DNA of 64,000 bases from the NCBI GenBank assembly GCA_049513455.1, contig JBEKWB010000015.1:4029-68028 (forward strand), written 5' to 3'. The notes beneath the pieces are model-generated. The model saw nothing but the letters and a program-made list of their open reading frames with translations, had not been told where the DNA came from and searched no databases. Position numbers and translations under genes: made by a program. Source of the stretch: Acidimicrobiales bacterium (lineage in GTDB: Bacteria > Actinomycetota > Acidimicrobiia > Acidimicrobiales > RAAP-2). Positions 61,647 to 64,000 of the stretch are shown here, piece by piece. Each line of letters starts with the position of its first letter. The first letter of the stretch is position 1.

Positions 61647-62873
61647 ATGCCCGAAGCGTGGATCATCGAGGGTACCCGGACGCCGCGCGGGAAGGGAAAG
61701 GAGACGGGGGGGCTCCACGAGATCCACCCCCAGGAGCTGTTGGCGCAGGTGCTGCAGTCTCTGGTTGCACGCACCGGAATCGACCCGGCCGAAGTGGATG
61801 ATGTCGTCATCGGGAACAACGAGAACAACGGTGACCACGGCTCGTGCATCGGGCGGATGGCGGTGCTCGCGGCCGGGTGGCCCAACGTAACCCCCGGGGT
61901 GACGTTGAATCGGTTCTGCGGATCCGGCCAGCAGGCAGTGAACTTCGCGGCCATGGGGGTGATGTCGGGACAACAGGACCTGGTGGTGGGCGGCGGCGTG
62001 GAGTCGATGTCGCGATGGGTGCGACAAGGCCGGCTCGACTTCTCGGCGGGGAACGAGGCACTCTTGGAATTGCACCCTCTTGTTCCACAGGGGGTGTCCG
62101 CCGACCTGATCGCCACCTTGGAGAAATTCAGTCGGGCTGATCTGGACGAGTTCGCCGTGCGCAGCCAGGACCGGGCCGAGCAGGCCCAGAAGAACGGCCA
62201 CTTCGACCGGAGCATTATCCCTGTCCACGCCGCCGATGGCTCTGTGGCCCTCGACCGTGACGAGCATCCTCGTGCGGGGACGACCGTCGAATCATTGGCC
62301 GCGTTGCCACCCTCTTTCGAGCGGCAGGGTCGACGGGTTCCCGAAGGCGGAGGCAGCACGTTCGACGAGAAATGCGCTACCGTCTACCCCGAGGTGGGGG
62401 AGGTGCAACACCTTCACCACGCGGGGAACTCCTCTGGCATTGTTGATGGCGCCGGTGCACTCCTGCTCGCCAGTGATGAGTACGCCCGAGCTCACGGCCT
62501 TCGTCCGCGCGCCCGGATCGTCGCCACCGCTGTGGCGGGGGCGGAACCAGTGATCATGTTGACCGCCCCCGGCCCCGCCGCGGCGCGGTGCTTGGCCAAG
62601 GCGGAGATGAGTGTGGCGGATATCGACTTGTGGGAGATCAACGAGGCGTTCGCCGCCATCCCGCTCAAGGCCATCCGCGACCTCGACATCGACCCTGACC
62701 GGGTCAACGTCAACGGGGGTGCGATCGCCCTAGGCCACCCCATCGGTGCCACGGGGGCGATGCTCATCGGGACCGTCCTCGACGAACTCGAGCGGCAGGA
62801 CAAGTCAACGGGGTTGGTAGTCATGTGTACCGGCGGTGGAATGGGCACGGCCACCATCATCGAGCGCATCTGA
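61647..62873 (+). CDS. acetyl-CoA C-acyltransferase (thiolase)
   Basis: In-frame ATG at 61647 after AGAGGAGG. MPEAWIIEGTRTPRGKGK.., NRFCGSGQQA (active-site Cys), NGGAIALGHPIGATG, MCTGGGMG. Confidence 0.9.
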   Translation: MPEAWIIEGTRTPRGKGKETGGLHEIHPQELLAQVLQSLVARTGIDPAEVDDVVIGNNENNGDHGSCIGRMAVLAAGWPNVTPGVTLNRFCGSGQQAVNFAAMGVMSGQQDLVVGGGVESMSRWVRQGRLDFSAGNEALLELHPLVPQGVSADLIATLEKFSRADLDEFAVRSQDRAEQAQKNGHFDRSIIPVHAADGSVALDRDEHPRAGTTVESLAALPPSFERQGRRVPEGGGSTFDEKCATVYPEVGEVQHLHHAGNSSGIVDGAGALLLASDEYARAHGLRPRARIVATAVAGAEPVIMLTAPGPAAARCLAKAEMSVADIDLWEINEAFAAIPLKAIRDLDIDPDRVNVNGGAIALGHPIGATGAMLIGTVLDELERQDKSTGLVVMCTGGGMGTATIIERI

Positions 62874-62928
62874 GCGCCCTCGGCATTTCGCTTTCCGTCA
62901 TGCATCGTCCTGAGGGGGGACTAGCTCC

Positions 62929-64000
62929 GTGTCCGAGTGGGTGATTGCCGACGTGTGGGAACGCGTCGCAGCACTGCAGCCGGAGGCCGACTGCCTCATT
63001 CAGGGAACCCGCCGCGTGTCGTGGGGGCAATTCGACCAGCGGGCTGACGGTGTCGCCGATTTCCTCCTTCGCCGCGGTCTCGGGCATCAGGCGAAGGTCG
63101 CCCAGTATCTCTACAGCTGTCCCGAGTACATCGAGAGCGTCTTCGCCTGCTTCAAGGCGGCGTTGGTTCCGGTGAACACCAACTTTCGCTATCGGGCCGA
63201 TGAACTCGTGGCGCTGTGGCTCGACGCCGACATCGAGGCCGTCGTCTTCGACGTGAGTTTCACCGATCGTATCGAGGAAGTCCGTCACCGGCTCCCGGAC
63301 GTGCGTTGCTGGCTCTGCGTGTCCGATGGGACCGGTGCCGCGCCGTCGTGGGCCACCCCCTTCGAGGAGGCGACGCGCACCGATGCGCCACATCGGCGGA
63401 CCGTCCCCCCCTGGGGGCGGAGCCCCGACGATCTCGTGCTCCTCTACACCGGAGGCACGACCGGACAGCCGAAAGGGGTCATGTGGCGACAAGATGACGT
63501 CTTTGGCATGCAGAACGAAGTGGGGGGCGTGCGCTATCGCGCTGAGGCAGGGATCGAAGGGGTGGAGCAGGCTCTGGCGGGCCGTCGCCACCCACCTCCC
63601 CGGCTGGTTCCCTGCGCCCCCCTGGTCCATGGCACGGGAGGATTCTCCGCGTACGCTGTCCTCAGCGACGGCGGTGCGGTCGTCCTGTTGGAAGGGCGGT
63701 CATTCTCAGCCGGCGAACTGTTGGACACTGTCCAACGCGAGCGAGTGACCCAACTGGCCATTGTCGGCGATGCCTTCAGCCGCCCCATCGTCTCCGAACT
63801 CGATGCCCACCCGGGGCGGTGGGACCTCTCGTCGCTGTGGCTCATCGTTTCGTCGGGCATGATCTGGAGCCACCAGAGCAAGGCCGACCTGCTGCGCCAC
63901 CTGCCACACCTTCTTTGTGTCGATTCGCTCGGTTCCTCCGAAGCGATCGGGATCGGGATGTCCCGGACCTCCAGCGGTGCGGCATCCGGGGGCGAGAGAT
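62929..64000 (+). CDS. AMP-dependent acyl-CoA synthetase (FadD17/FadD19-like), 5' part; the gene runs off the right edge
   Basis: Manual translation from GTG 62929, after GAGGGGGGA with an 8-nt spacer: VSEWVIADVWERVAALQPEADCLIQGTRRVSWGQF..LLYTGGTTGQPKGVMWRQDDVF..SSGMIW.. The frame stays open to 64000. Absent from the ORF track because there is no stop. Confidence 0.85.
   Translation, partial: MSEWVIADVWERVAALQPEADCLIQGTRRVSWGQFDQRADGVADFLLRRGLGHQAKVAQYLYSCPEYIESVFACFKAALVPVNTNFRYRADELVALWLDADIEAVVFDVSFTDRIEEVRHRLPDVRCWLCVSDGTGAAPSWATPFEEATRTDAPHRRTVPPWGRSPDDLVLLYTGGTTGQPKGVMWRQDDVFGMQNEVGGVRYRAEAGIEGVEQALAGRRHPPPRLVPCAPLVHGTGGFSAYAVLSDGGAVVLLEGRSFSAGELLDTVQRERVTQLAIVGDAFSRPIVSELDAHPGRWDLSSLWLIVSSGMIWSHQSKADLLRHLPHLLCVDSLGSSEAIGIGMSRTSSGAASGGER

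Noticed and set aside
1-64000. CRISPR arrays, IS elements/transposases, integrases, rRNA, prophage, defence systems and biosynthetic (PKS/NRPS/RiPP) genes
   Set aside because: I looked for regularly spaced repeats, DDE or tyrosine-recombinase-like ORFs and large multidomain synthases and found none. The only repeats are the tRNA-fragment pair, the SBP paralogs, the 21-bp and 9-bp tandem duplications and the 14-bp palindrome family.
11511-64000. Calling the region a canonical cholesterol/steroid degradation (KstR/KstR2) cluster
   Set aside because: Side-chain-type functions are present. I see no Rieske oxygenase (KshA), no HsaABCD-type ring-cleavage genes, no Ltp2/ChsH1-H2 set, no Mce4 transporter, and none of the published KstR/KstR2 operator arrangements as I recall them. 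The substrate is left open.

Overview
GC-rich sequence (about two-thirds G+C by eye, strong GC3 bias, many GTG starts, frequent ATGA/GTGA start-stop overlaps), typical of an actinobacterial chromosome and almost entirely coding. I support about 60 protein genes. There is no rRNA, intact tRNA, CRISPR array, transposase or integrase. All product calls rest on motif and family recognition by eye; I ran no searches.

The window is dominated by a very large acyl-CoA (beta-oxidation-type) catabolic supercluster:
- 10 acyl-CoA dehydrogenase (ACAD) family genes, including two overlapping short+long pairs that look like heteromeric alpha/beta ACADs
- 7 crotonase-type enoyl-CoA hydratases (ECH) and 1 MaoC hotdog hydratase
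- 7 short-chain dehydrogenases (SDR), two of them Hsd4A/MFE-2-like
- 4 family III CoA-transferases (one alpha-methylacyl-CoA racemase-like, two adjacent)
- 3 AMP-forming and 1 ADP-forming acyl-CoA ligases
- 3 luciferase-like (LLM) oxidoreductases, 1 thiolase, 1 cytochrome P450, 2 APH-type kinases, 4 TetR regulators
- an amidohydrolase, a cyclase-family hydrolase, an MDR reductase and VOC-fold proteins

The left 11 kb is more mosaic:
- Two paralogous modules pair a signal-peptide-less LivJ/AmiC-type binding protein with a DapB-N-like oxidoreductase. One module also carries the P450 and an unknown 331-aa protein.
- Two direct 3' fragments of a tRNA-Lys-like gene bracket the P450 module.
- A decayed Fic-family gene and a decayed glutamate dehydrogenase remnant are present.

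Most notable non-genic signal: a 14-bp palindrome (consensus CTTGTCCGGACAAG, core TGYNCGKACA) recurs in at least nine promoter or divergent intergenic regions between 29.7 and 61.5 kb. This suggests a single unrecognised operator or regulon tying the cluster together.

Other observations: two roughly 78% identical secreted, 8-cysteine solute-binding proteins with no transporter partner; an APH-kinase pair divergent from an ACAD pair; an in-frame 21-bp tandem duplication in one ACAD; and an AT-rich promoter island.
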